Shown piece after piece: positions 9,213 through 18,865 of a stretch of DNA of 64,000 nt. Origin of the DNA: a bacterium (GTDB lineage: Bacteria; Patescibacteriota; Microgenomatia; UBA1400; PJMF01); assembly GCA_027620445.1 (NCBI GenBank), contig JAQBYG010000001.1:5115-69114 (forward strand). The letters are read 5' to 3'. Numbering within the stretch: the first letter of the stretch is position 1; every line of letters begins with the position of its first letter. The position numbers were made by a program, and so were the translations under genes. The notes beneath the pieces are model-generated. The model worked only from the letters and a program-made list of their open reading frames with translations, was not told where the DNA came from and made no database searches.

Positions 9213-11393
9213 TTACTCCTGTGTTTCTCCTGCCTCTACGCTGCGCAGGTGTTCCATTATAGCAGTTACATTGACTTCTCGTGGCTTACTTCCCTCTTGC
9301 GGACCAACCATACCAGCCGCATGGAGCTGATCAAGAATACGAGCTGCCCGGTTGTAACCAACAGAAAATCTGCGCTGAATCATCGAGGAAGAGCCCTTGC
9401 CTGCACTAGCAGCGTACTGCGCTGCTTCGGTAAAAAGCGGATCACGATCTTCCACTTCCGCCTCTGCACCACCAGTAATTGCGCCACCACCCTTGCCAGT
9501 CATGGTGTACTTGCTTGTTACGTCTTCTTCGTACTCTGGCTTCTGTCCCTGGGCCTTGATGAAATCAATCAGGGAGCGAATTTCGGCGTCGGAAACATAG
9601 GCACCCTGGACTCTCGACGGCTTCGCCTGATCCGGCGGAATGAATAACATGTCACCTCTGCCAAGCAATTTCTCGGCACCTGGTGTATCAAGTACAACAC
9701 GGGAATCTGTCATCGAGGAAACGTTAAAGGCGATGCGGGCAGGAATATTTGCCTTGATCAAACCTGTAATAACATCGACCGATGGTCGCTGCGTGGCGAG
9801 CACTAGGTGGATACCAACCGCACGAGCCATTTGGGCAATACGAGTGATACTCTCTTCTACTTCGGCTGGGGCAAACAACATAACGTCAGCCAACTCGTCG
9901 ATGATAATCACGATACTTGGCATAGCAGAGTGACCGGCCAACTCATTGTAGCCAGCAATATTTTTGACCCCAACTTCGGCGAGCTTCTTATATCTCTCTT
10001 CCATCTCATGCACTGCCCACTTGAGGGCAGACACCACCTTTTTGGGATCAACGATAACAGGCACAAGCAAATGGGGGATGTCGTTATAACCCGTCAACTC
10101 GACACGCTTTGGATCGACCAAAATAAAGCGAACTTCTGCTGGGCTTGCCCGAAACAGCATCGAACACATAAAAGCATTGATTGCGACTGATTTTCCTGAA
10201 CCCGTTGCGCCAGCGATCAAGACGTGTGGCATCTTGGCAATGTCCATGACGATCGGCTGCCCGGCGACGCTAATACCAAGCGAGGTAGCAAGCTTGGATG
10301 GATGTTTTTTCATCTGTGCAGATGCAAGCATTTTTCGCAGCGTCACGTACTGAGCAGAGTAGTTTGGCACTTCTACACCAACCAGTGAGCGACCAGCAAT
10401 TGGCGCCTCAATCCGAATCTGTCCAGTGGGGGCGGCCAGAGCCAGTGCTAAGTCGGTAGCCAGACCGGTAATTTTTGACAGCTTGGTACCACGAGTAATC
10501 TCCAACGCATACTGCGTGACTGAGGGACCGTAATTGACTTCGGAAACTTTTGCTTTGATACCAAATGATTCGAGCGTTGTCTCGATTGTTGCTGCATTTT
10601 TGCGTACATCGCCGCGATCTGCTTCGCCGCCCTCAGAATCATTGAGAAGCGAAAGTGGCGGATACTCCCAGATCATTTGTGCATTTGAGGGAGTAAAACC
10701 TACCGGTAGCTCGCCTTCCTTGCCTGGCACGGGTGGTTGTTTGGCAGCGTCAACAGCCGTATCACTCTTGCTCGTCGGGTCGTCTTCTAGTGATTTGCCT
10801 TGATTGATCTGAAATGGTGTTGCTCCAGATTTACCAAACGGCAAGTGCATTTTTGGCAATGACAGGCGACTCTTTGCTTCTGGCTCTTCGCTCAGAGCAG
10901 CAATATCTGCAGCTGCTTTCTTTTGGCGCAATGAGGCGATCCAATCCGCGAGCTCAGTAAAAGAGGTCTGGAAAAGCACGAGTAAACCTGCAATTAGAAT
11001 CGCCAAGAAAAGAAAGTAGCCGCCAACGGGAGTCAGGAGTGTTGCTATGTTGGTCGCTGTGGTAACCCCTACGCTACCGGTCTGAAAAAACCCGAGCACA
11101 CCAAAAAAACACAACGTAGCACCAAGAAATGAGTGTGGTCGCGCCCAAATCCAACGCCCGCGAAAGAACACCAATCCAGCTGAGAAGAACAAAAACGGCA
11201 GGATAAGCGCAGAGAGACCAAGCTTAGAGGAGACAAAAGCATTAATTGCCTGCAGCAACTTACCCTGTCCTGAGAAAGAAACTATAACCAAGATCCCACA
11301 GAGGAACAACGTAACTGCAGCTAATGAGTGCAGGGTCCCATCCTTCAAGTGAAGCGCGCCTTTTTTCTTACTTTTTCGCTTGTGCTTCTTCAT
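9213..11393 (-). CDS. ftsK: DNA translocase FtsK/SpoIIIE
   Basis: 726 aa. N-terminal TM helices, Walker A VLIAGATGSGKSVAINAFM, and a C-terminal gamma domain (SSMIQRRFSVGYNRAARILDQLHAAGMVGP). Confidence 0.9.
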   Translation of the reverse strand: MKKHKRKSKKKGALHLKDGTLHSLAAVTLFLCGILVIVSFSGQGKLLQAINAFVSSKLGLSALILPFLFFSAGLVFFRGRWIWARPHSFLGATLCFFGVLGFFQTGSVGVTTATNIATLLTPVGGYFLFLAILIAGLLVLFQTSFTELADWIASLRQKKAAADIAALSEEPEAKSRLSLPKMHLPFGKSGATPFQINQGKSLEDDPTSKSDTAVDAAKQPPVPGKEGELPVGFTPSNAQMIWEYPPLSLLNDSEGGEADRGDVRKNAATIETTLESFGIKAKVSEVNYGPSVTQYALEITRGTKLSKITGLATDLALALAAPTGQIRIEAPIAGRSLVGVEVPNYSAQYVTLRKMLASAQMKKHPSKLATSLGISVAGQPIVMDIAKMPHVLIAGATGSGKSVAINAFMCSMLFRASPAEVRFILVDPKRVELTGYNDIPHLLVPVIVDPKKVVSALKWAVHEMEERYKKLAEVGVKNIAGYNELAGHSAMPSIVIIIDELADVMLFAPAEVEESITRIAQMARAVGIHLVLATQRPSVDVITGLIKANIPARIAFNVSSMTDSRVVLDTPGAEKLLGRGDMLFIPPDQAKPSRVQGAYVSDAEIRSLIDFIKAQGQKPEYEEDVTSKYTMTGKGGGAITGGAEAEVEDRDPLFTEAAQYAASAGKGSSSMIQRRFSVGYNRAARILDQLHAAGMVGPQEGSKPREVNVTAIMEHLRSVEAGETQE

Positions 11394-11422
11394 AGGTATA
11401 TATTTACTATAGGACGTATATG

Positions 11423-13078
11423 CTAAATGTCAAGTATGACTGGTACAATCAACGGCTCTCGTTGAATGATTTTATACAATTTTCTGGCAAGTCGCTTCTC
11501 TATCATGTGCCTCAGTGCTTCATCCTTAGCTTTCTTTTCTTTTGAAACAATGGTAGCAACTTCTTGTTTGATAAACTCGATCACTTCCTGTGCGTCTCGG
11601 ACGAATATAAAGCCGCGTGAAATAATCATCGTTTGACCTAGATCAAATTGTCTGTTTTTGCGCACAAGCACCACAACCACAATGCCGGCTTTGGAGAGGG
11701 CAACTCGATCTGCCAAAACGACCGGACCAACGTCACCAATCCCCAGTCCATCTACAATCGGTGGCTTGAGCTCTATGCGATCAACAACTCGGGCGTCGTT
11801 TGGTGTCAGTTCCAGCACATCCCCAGAACTAGGGAGGAGAATTTGTTCTGACCGATAACCCAGTGGTCGAGCCACGGACTCAAAGAACTTGAAGCGATGA
11901 CGATCTGCGCCGCCAATCGGGAGCACATATTTTGGTCGAACCAGTTCGAGCAAGTCTCGCTGTTCCGACATGCTGGCATGACCAGATTGGTGTAACCCGG
12001 GAGCTACATCTGGATACAACACGTGCACTCTGTTGCGCGCGAGCTCATCGATGGCACCAAAGTAATTGAGTTCGTTACCTGGAATTGCATCAGCCGAAAA
12101 AATCACCGTATCGTCATCTGTTATCTTGATCATCCGATGCTCGCCATAAATAGCTCGCATCATCGAAGAGCCCTCTTGACCTTGACTGCCGGCGACAATA
12201 ACGCACAACATTTTGTCTGGATACTGATCCATATCATTCTTGTCGATAAGGACTCCTTCTGGAAAGTGGATCTTACCTAGCTGCTGCGCCTGAGCGATAT
12301 TGCGCTCGACCGACCGGCCGATAAAGGTAACTTTTCTACCGTGTTTGCTGGCCGCATTGACTACCTGCTGAATGCGATGAATGTGCGAGCTCATGAGGGT
12401 GATGACACTCTTCCCCCTGGTGCTTGCCATGATTCCTTCGATAACTGGACCAACCGTCCTCTCTGAGGAGGTGCGCTCGGTGCGCTCTACGCGCAAACAA
12501 TCAATCAGCATACACAACACGCCTTCGTCTCCAACTGCCTTGATCGAGGTTAGATCACTCGCTTCGCCATCAACGGGGGTCGGATCGAGTTTGAAGTCAC
12601 TGCCGTGATACACAATGCCAACCGGTGTGCGAATAACGATGTGTCTGGTATCCGGCACCGAATGCGTAACGGGAATGAGCGAAACGGTAAATGACCCCAA
12701 GGTAAACGGCCGCGTGTTATCGATAACAGTGACTTTGTGATCTGTGCCGCCCTCTTTCATGCGATCTTCGGCGAACCCAGCAGTGAGTGGCGAGCCATAA
12801 ATAGGGAAATTTGGTAAATGGGGCAAAATGTGTGCAGTCGCCGCAATATGGTCATCGTGACCGTGACTTAGTACCATCCCAACAATCTTTTTGCCCGCCT
12901 TGAGCTGCTCAAGAATATAGGTGATGTCAGGGATCAAAATATCGACTCCTGGCATCTGGACATCGGGAAACCCAATACCGCAATCAACGAGTAATAACTC
13001 ATTTGCGTACTCATACACATACATGTTTTGGGTTACAACACCGCTGCCACCAAGGGAAATTATTTTTAGACCACTCAC
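11423..13078 (-). CDS. rnj: Ribonuclease J
   Basis: 551 aa. Metallo-beta-lactamase motif VLSHGHDDH, beta-CASP and C-terminal domain. N-terminus MSGLKIISLGGSGVVTQNMYVYEY typical of RNase J. Confidence 0.9.
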   Translation of the reverse strand: MSGLKIISLGGSGVVTQNMYVYEYANELLLVDCGIGFPDVQMPGVDILIPDITYILEQLKAGKKIVGMVLSHGHDDHIAATAHILPHLPNFPIYGSPLTAGFAEDRMKEGGTDHKVTVIDNTRPFTLGSFTVSLIPVTHSVPDTRHIVIRTPVGIVYHGSDFKLDPTPVDGEASDLTSIKAVGDEGVLCMLIDCLRVERTERTSSERTVGPVIEGIMASTRGKSVITLMSSHIHRIQQVVNAASKHGRKVTFIGRSVERNIAQAQQLGKIHFPEGVLIDKNDMDQYPDKMLCVIVAGSQGQEGSSMMRAIYGEHRMIKITDDDTVIFSADAIPGNELNYFGAIDELARNRVHVLYPDVAPGLHQSGHASMSEQRDLLELVRPKYVLPIGGADRHRFKFFESVARPLGYRSEQILLPSSGDVLELTPNDARVVDRIELKPPIVDGLGIGDVGPVVLADRVALSKAGIVVVVLVRKNRQFDLGQTMIISRGFIFVRDAQEVIEFIKQEVATIVSKEKKAKDEALRHMIEKRLARKLYKIIQREPLIVPVILDI

Positions 13079-13878
13079 TTTTGCTCCTGTCTTTTTACTG
13101 TACTTTTTGTCTCATACTGAAAACTCCAGTTGGGTCGTTTGAATTTGTCAAAAAATGCACTCAATGCTTCGAACCTGACTGCAAATAAGGAGTACAGTAC
13201 AGCGGTGAACGAAGCACCAAACGAAACCCAGAACACACTCATTCTGCCTGCAAATGCAGGAGAATACAAGAAGTAAGCGCCAACATGCAGCATAAAGAAA
13301 AATGCAAAAGACAGTTTCATGATACGCATGAAGTTTTCTTTGCCCGGATTGGAGAGCCACACCATAATAAATTGCATGGTGCCCAATACAGCAGAAAACA
13401 AAAAGAGGCTATAGAACTGGAATTTGCTCAACTCTACTTCTAGCGGTAAGAAAATATTCCCGATCCCAAGAATAGTAAACAGCAGTAAAGAACCAATGTA
13501 CATCGTCAGGTGCGAGAGCCAGAGGTGAAAGTACTCGGTGTGCTCAAACAAATCATGCAAGGGATCCTTATACATTTTTCGGTTAAAAGAAGTAGTCAGA
13601 GAATGAATGACTACAAAGGCGTAAATAATCAGCGCCATAGTGCTCAGCACCGTGTCTATGACAAATAGGTTGGTCGGTGACAGAGGCGGATGAATTTCTT
13701 TTGATAAAACAAAGTAAAAAAAACTTTTGATCCAAATGAACATAACAGGCGCGATGACAAAACTGTACACAAATTGCACCACGTCAAACCGCAACAGTTC
13801 TCGCTTGCCATCATGGCGATACAAAAGTAAACCACTCACGACAGCAAAAAGCGGGATGAGCATAAAAAAGATCGTCAT
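13075..13878 (-). CDS. Hypothetical polytopic membrane protein
   Basis: 267 aa with 7 or more hydrophobic helices. 4-nt overlaps with both neighbours (truB stop/start and rnj start). Confidence 0.5.
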   Translation of the reverse strand: MTIFFMLIPLFAVVSGLLLYRHDGKRELLRFDVVQFVYSFVIAPVMFIWIKSFFYFVLSKEIHPPLSPTNLFVIDTVLSTMALIIYAFVVIHSLTTSFNRKMYKDPLHDLFEHTEYFHLWLSHLTMYIGSLLLFTILGIGNIFLPLEVELSKFQFYSLFLFSAVLGTMQFIMVWLSNPGKENFMRIMKLSFAFFFMLHVGAYFLYSPAFAGRMSVFWVSFGASFTAVLYSLFAVRFEALSAFFDKFKRPNWSFQYETKSTVKRQEQK

Positions 13879-14645
13879 ACTCGACCATCATAACATAGTT
13901 TACTCGAGAAGATGGTGTGCGAACCGTTCTTTGTCCGCGTGATTGAGAATGCTGTGGCCGGTATCTGCATTTTGGCAGAAATATCTCTGACAAGCCCTCG
14001 GATGTAGGTGCGCTTACTACAGCTGCAGCGGTGCTTGGTGATAACAAAGGTTTTGTCTTGGACACGCTCGAGTGCATCTTTCCAAGCTAAAAGACAGCGT
14101 TCCTGGCGAAAATCTCCGCTCACCAAGGCAATGTGATCCTGAATCGTTTTGGCAAGTGCTGCGCTCGTGATCTGAGAGAAACCTACAAGCGAAAGACTGG
14201 TGATTGTAATGTCGTTGCTCACAGGTTCTACTTGTTCTCCCCGTTTCGCTTTGTCAAACGATGACTCACCGTCAATCCGCTTAGCAGAAAAACTTGGTTG
14301 TAGTTGTGTTTGTGTGCCAAGAAAGCTGGACGAAACTACAGTGAGCTGGTCACAGAACTTGGTTAGGTTTTTAATCTCGTGAGCATCAGAAATTTCCTGA
14401 ACGAGCCCCAACAGATCATGGGAATCAGTACTCACTCCCCACAACATCTCAAACTCGTACTCCTTGGACCAATCAGAGTACTTTTCTTTGTCAAAGCGAT
14501 CATCGCCCGTGAGTACCACTACTACTCCAGAAGCTAACGGATCGAGGGTGCCGGTATGTGTTGCCTTTTCGCCTCGTGCTTCACCGATTTTCTTGGCTAG
14601 TTGATGGGTGGAGACGCCGAGGGGCTTGTAGGTTGCAATAAGCAT
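13875..14645 (-). CDS. truB: tRNA pseudouridine(55) synthase TruB
   Basis: GVSTHQLAKKIG...HTGTLDPLASGVVVV, with the catalytic Asp in the HxGTLDP motif. Confidence 0.85.
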   Translation of the reverse strand: MLIATYKPLGVSTHQLAKKIGEARGEKATHTGTLDPLASGVVVVLTGDDRFDKEKYSDWSKEYEFEMLWGVSTDSHDLLGLVQEISDAHEIKNLTKFCDQLTVVSSSFLGTQTQLQPSFSAKRIDGESSFDKAKRGEQVEPVSNDITITSLSLVGFSQITSAALAKTIQDHIALVSGDFRQERCLLAWKDALERVQDKTFVITKHRCSCSKRTYIRGLVRDISAKMQIPATAFSITRTKNGSHTIFSSKLCYDGRV

Positions 14646-14738
14646 TGTGCTGGATGTGAAATGTATTTATTGACTTTCGAGGCAAGCATCGTATAAAATA
14701 ACCTTGGTCGCGAGCAATCGCGCCCATCGAAAGAAGAC

Positions 14739-15525
14739 CTATGCAAAAAATCGCAGGTCTTTTTTCGTTTTAGGAGGAAAAAACTTTAATCCCCAACCAT
14801 CGATGACATGCTTTGAATTTTTTGCCAGTTTTTCATAACTCAGCTCATCAAAACGCCAGTAGCTTCCCACAGGCTTGTTGTACTCAAACATATGATATAT
14901 AGGATAACAATATAAGTCTGCAATCTGAATTCCAATTGTAGTATCAGATTGGGAGAAGAGTAATTTTTCGACAATATTGGGACATTTTTTCCATACAGCT
15001 CCATCCTGCCATCTCATTTTGTTATGTAAGCGACTCAGTTCGTTCCCCATAAAATGTTTCTCAACTTGACCTTCCCTAGGATCGATTATGCAAATACCAA
15101 GAGAACTTTTGGATTCTAAATATTTCTGAAATCTCTCAACCAAAAAATACATACGCAATGTCATATGGATTTTGTGATGGATACTGCTCCCAATATGTCT
15201 TTTTGTCGATAACAACACTATACAAAACGACAGGAATTTGTTTCAAAAAGACAGTGACTTCACTTTCCAGCTCATTATATTTATCTCTGGAATGTAGCTT
15301 TAGTGGCGATGATTGAGCTAGGTCGGGGTTTGCGTAGCGCAAGAAATTTGATTTTATTTCAACCTCTGGATCTTGATAATACTTTTGTTTGATCGCTCGC
15401 AGCTGTGTCTCAATTTTCTTATTATCACTCTCATGAATAATGCAACCAGACAATACGAAAAACTGTTTTCCTGCCTGGGATAATGGAATCGTATCCCCTG
15501 ATTCATCGATATACATCAAATGCAT
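14739..15525 (-). pseudogene. DUF3800-family gene interrupted by a +1 frameshift in an A6/T6 homopolymer
   Basis: Track ORFs 15136..15525 (MHLMYIDESGD..., the DUF3800 N-terminus) and 14739..15218 (C-terminal half with the IQIADL motif) overlap in different frames. Removing one T from the TTTTTT run (plus-strand A6 at 15142..15147) joins them as ...DIAYVFLVERFQKYL.... Confidence 0.6.
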
Positions 15526-15531
15526 GCAGCA

Positions 15532-16164
15532 TTATAACAAGGCTTGCGCCACTTTCTCTTGCAACGTTTCGGTCTCTCGCTGCTCCTGCAACCAGCACAA
15601 CACTTTTGGAATTTTTTCCATATCTGCCACAAACTGCTCTTTCGTTTTGGTCGAGCGCAACGCCGCGGCCGGGTGGTACATCGGAAGGACGTATTGGTGT
15701 TGTTCGTTCCAAACAACCTGATGCAACCTGCCGTGCACTTGCGAAATCCGCACGTCGGACAAAAATTTTGCCATCGAAAATCTCCCCAACGTCACGATCA
15801 AACTTGGTTGTAAAATGGCAATTTCGTTGTTTAAAACCGGGCGAAATGCCTCAATTTCCTCTGGAGTCGGGTCACGGTTGTCGGGTGGGCGAACTTTGAC
15901 AATATTGGAAATATAGTACTGCTCTGGCAAAAGCCGAATCTGGTCTATAACTTGTCGCAGCAACTTGCCTGACCTGCCGACGAATGGGCGGTGATCAACA
16001 CTTTCTTGATAACCCGGAGCCTCACCAATAAAGAGAATTTCCGCAGTAGGCGATCCCTCACCGGGAACAATATCTCCCTGCGACCTGGCCAGCGGCAACT
16101 TGCCAAGCGAGGCGTCGTTTTTTAGACTCAAATAGAGCTGTGCAAGCTCTGCTGCCTGATTCAT
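15532..16164 (-). CDS. Uracil-DNA glycosylase, family 4 (Fe-S type)
   Basis: 210 aa. GEGSPTAEILFIGEAPGYQESVDHRPFVGRSGKLL matches the family 4/5 UDG catalytic motif GE(A/G)PG...E and F-x-G-x-x-G. Confidence 0.8.
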   Translation of the reverse strand: MNQAAELAQLYLSLKNDASLGKLPLARSQGDIVPGEGSPTAEILFIGEAPGYQESVDHRPFVGRSGKLLRQVIDQIRLLPEQYYISNIVKVRPPDNRDPTPEEIEAFRPVLNNEIAILQPSLIVTLGRFSMAKFLSDVRISQVHGRLHQVVWNEQHQYVLPMYHPAAALRSTKTKEQFVADMEKIPKVLCWLQEQRETETLQEKVAQALL

Positions 16165-16188
16165 AGCGCTATAGTAACACGGAGCAAA

Positions 16189-17247
16189 CTAATACTGTGG
16201 CAAAAATATCTTCTGATTTTCTGGGGTGATGACTATTTTTGGGTAGTTTTTCTCGACGATAATGCGGGCCGCTTTACGCACTGCCCCCTCGAGTGTACGC
16301 TTGAGCGTACGAATGCCAGCGTCGTACCCAAGTGGCCTCGTAATGCTTGGCCAAACTGCCTCCGCCATAATAAACTGTTCGGGACGAAGTCCGGCTTTTT
16401 TCAGCAAGTCCGGCAAAATGTACTGCTGGGCAATGACAATTTTTTCGTGGTCGGTGTACGACGGCATGGTAATTTTCTCGAGACGATCCATCACGGCAGT
16501 TGCAATTGCGGTCGTGTTGTTGGCGGTTGCCAAAAAGATGGCATGCGATAAATCAATTGGGTAATCAATAAACGCATCTCGAAACGAGTGATTCTGGGCA
16601 GGATCCAAAAGCTCAACCAGGACGCCCATGATATCCTTGTTTGCTTCCTCTGCCACACGATCAATTTCGTCGAGCAAAATAACCGGATTACGCACACCAG
16701 CCTCGACCAAACCCTTTACAACCCGACCTGGCTCTGATTCCAAATTCAACCTGGTGCTTCCTCGTAGTTCTTTGGCAGAACCCATACCGCCAAACGGGAT
16801 CCGCACAAGCTTGCGACCGAGCGCTTCAGACAATGAGTACGCGAACGTTGTCTTGCCTGTTCCAACCAAACCAACCAGGAGCAAGATCGGCGCCCGAAAC
16901 CCTTCCTCGGCTGCTTGTGTCTGGCGGAGTTGTAGGACCGAAATGTACTCGAGAAAACGATTTTTGACATCCAGCATGCCAAAGTGGTGTTTGTCGAACA
17001 CTTGCTTGGCCGTCTCGATTGAGAGTCGATCTGCAGTCTCTGCCTCCCAAGGAATTCCCAAGGTCCACTCGATGTAGCGAGAGACTTTTTCGTACTTCTC
17101 GTCGTATGAACCAAGCGCTACCGATCGCTCGAGCGCGACAATGTCTTTATTGACCTTGCGACGCAATTCCTCTGGTAAAGTTGCAGCAGCCACCCGCGAG
17201 CGCAGCTCTTCAATTTCTTGTTCGAGGAGTTGTTTGTAGTCTTGCAT
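16189..17247 (-). CDS. Lon-like AAA+ ATPase core without LAN N-domain and without protease domain
   Basis: 352 aa. Aligns with E. coli Lon residues about 245-580: Walker A LVGLVGTGKTTFAYSLSEALGRKLVRIPFGGMGSAKELRG, Walker B ILLDEIDRV, and sensor region LVELLDPAQNHSFRDAFIDYPIDLSHAIFLATANN. Ends exactly at the AAA+/protease boundary. Confidence 0.75.
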   Translation of the reverse strand: MQDYKQLLEQEIEELRSRVAAATLPEELRRKVNKDIVALERSVALGSYDEKYEKVSRYIEWTLGIPWEAETADRLSIETAKQVFDKHHFGMLDVKNRFLEYISVLQLRQTQAAEEGFRAPILLLVGLVGTGKTTFAYSLSEALGRKLVRIPFGGMGSAKELRGSTRLNLESEPGRVVKGLVEAGVRNPVILLDEIDRVAEEANKDIMGVLVELLDPAQNHSFRDAFIDYPIDLSHAIFLATANNTTAIATAVMDRLEKITMPSYTDHEKIVIAQQYILPDLLKKAGLRPEQFIMAEAVWPSITRPLGYDAGIRTLKRTLEGAVRKAARIIVEKNYPKIVITPENQKIFLPQY

Positions 17248-18174
17248 CTAGAGAGGCTCTTTCAAAAAATCGTCGAGTCTGAGCAATCCCGCTTTACCAC
17301 CAAAGTGTCTCACGACAGCAGCAGCATTTTGTTTGCCCCAGAGACTGGCGGTTTCTATCGACTCGTTGCGCAGTCGCGCCGTTACGAAGCCTACCGCAAA
17401 CGCATCTCCCGCACCGGTCTCGTCGACAGCTTGCTCGACCACAGCGGTATACGGAATCCAACCACTGCTAGCGGTAAAAACTTGCCCACCATGCGGACCG
17501 TCGGTCACTACAATTGTAGGCACTTGTGCCTGCAGTTGTTGGGAAACAGAACTGAGTTGCTCCCACTCCTGTTTGTTGAGAATCAGTAACTCACAACCAA
17601 GGTCGGCTGGCATAATTTGTTGCGCTGTAATCAGGGCGAGCTCCTGCGCACCGGGGTTCCACGAAAGGTGACTCATTTGCCTCCTCGACCCTGCGATTGT
17701 TTGCAGCGTTGGCAATCTACCGGCAATGCTACTCAGGTGCACCCACCCCACACGAGCAACCGCCTCTTGGGGCACATCTTCCGGATCGAGCATCGAGGCC
17801 GCGCCACGATGGACCAACACTGAGCGTCCACCATCTTGGCCGACCAAAATAACCGAACCACCAGTCTGTTCTCTCTTTTCCTGAACCACATAGTTGGTAC
17901 TCACAGTCTCGGCATGAAAGTCCTGCAGAATCACTTGCGCCAGGGTATCCTTGCCTGTCTCGCACAACACGGCAGCATTGAAGCCTGCTCGCGCAAATCC
18001 GACCGCAGTATTGCCCCCACCCCCACCAGTCAAGACATGAAAGGAGTCGACCTCGAGTTTATTGCCGTAATCTTGGCAGAGTAAAACGTGGTCGTTCTCT
18101 GATTTAAGCTCAAATTGATCCGATTGGATAAAAATATCGATCAAAGCCGAACCAATGGACAGGACATCGTGCAT
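17248..18174 (-). CDS. PfkB-family carbohydrate/nucleoside kinase (ribokinase-like)
   Basis: N-terminal MHDVLSIGSALIDIF, GG motif (VLTGGGGGNTAVGFARAG) and C-terminal DTTGAGD-type anion hole (DETGAGDAFAVGF). Start set at the internal ATG. Confidence 0.8.
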   Translation of the reverse strand: MHDVLSIGSALIDIFIQSDQFELKSENDHVLLCQDYGNKLEVDSFHVLTGGGGGNTAVGFARAGFNAAVLCETGKDTLAQVILQDFHAETVSTNYVVQEKREQTGGSVILVGQDGGRSVLVHRGAASMLDPEDVPQEAVARVGWVHLSSIAGRLPTLQTIAGSRRQMSHLSWNPGAQELALITAQQIMPADLGCELLILNKQEWEQLSSVSQQLQAQVPTIVVTDGPHGGQVFTASSGWIPYTAVVEQAVDETGAGDAFAVGFVTARLRNESIETASLWGKQNAAAVVRHFGGKAGLLRLDDFLKEPL

Positions 18175-18225
18175 GTCTCTATGGTACGACAAATTGGGGA
18201 GGGACTCTAGTGGCTCTACGGCAAA

Positions 18226-18861
18226 CTATCCCCGCCTCGGCAGCCCACACCGATCTGCCAACTCTGTTTCAAACGCATTAAGCGCTTCTATTAATTCTTC
18301 TTGGTTGGTTGCAATTTTATACACCGCGTTCTCTTTTTCCCCGACAAAAAAGTGTTCGTTCATTGTTTTCATGACGTCTTTCCAAAACGCACCGTAGAGA
18401 ATTATCGGCTTGTGATTGCCGTAGTAGAGATGGGATAACAACCACACGGTCGCCCACTCACTCAGCGTACCAGTGCCACCCTGGAAACAAATAAAGGCAT
18501 CGGCTTCGTTGATCAGCCCAAACATGCGCTCGATATAATTGGCTGCTTTTATTTCTTTATCTGGAGTGTTTTCTACGTCCTTGCCTTCAAACTCTGGCAT
18601 ATCAACCGGGTTAAACGTAACAGTCACGGTCTTCCCGCCTGCTGCCTGCGCCCCACGGGTTGCTGCAAGCATCGTGCCAGGACCACCACCATCGATCACC
18701 ACCTTGTTGTGATACGCCAAGTACTGAGCGACGCTAAACACCTCTTCGTACAGAGGATGCTTCTCGTCTACATCGGCGCTACCGAAAATAGCAACACGGT
18801 CTATTGAGCAGCGCACCTTTTGCGAGGGGATTTTGATGGTTTTATGAATCTGTTTCGGCAT
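18226..18861 (-). CDS. LOG-family (TIGR00730) nucleotide phosphoribohydrolase
   Basis: VAIFGSA..., GGGPGTMLAATRG and QGGTGTLSEW motifs of the LOG / lysine-decarboxylase-like family. Confidence 0.8.
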   Translation of the reverse strand: MPKQIHKTIKIPSQKVRCSIDRVAIFGSADVDEKHPLYEEVFSVAQYLAYHNKVVIDGGGPGTMLAATRGAQAAGGKTVTVTFNPVDMPEFEGKDVENTPDKEIKAANYIERMFGLINEADAFICFQGGTGTLSEWATVWLLSHLYYGNHKPIILYGAFWKDVMKTMNEHFFVGEKENAVYKIATNQEELIEALNAFETELADRCGLPRRG

Positions 18862-18865
18862 CGCT

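Noticed and set aside
14677-14767. Plus-strand TTGACT-16-TATAAA promoter-like element followed about 30 nt later by a hairpin (AGACCT...AGGTCT) and T6
   Set aside because: No plus-strand gene is present. The hairpin most likely serves as a terminator or 3'-end structure for the minus-strand DUF3800 transcript ahead of truB, and the promoter-like hexamers may be chance in AT-rich DNA. Not called as a feature.
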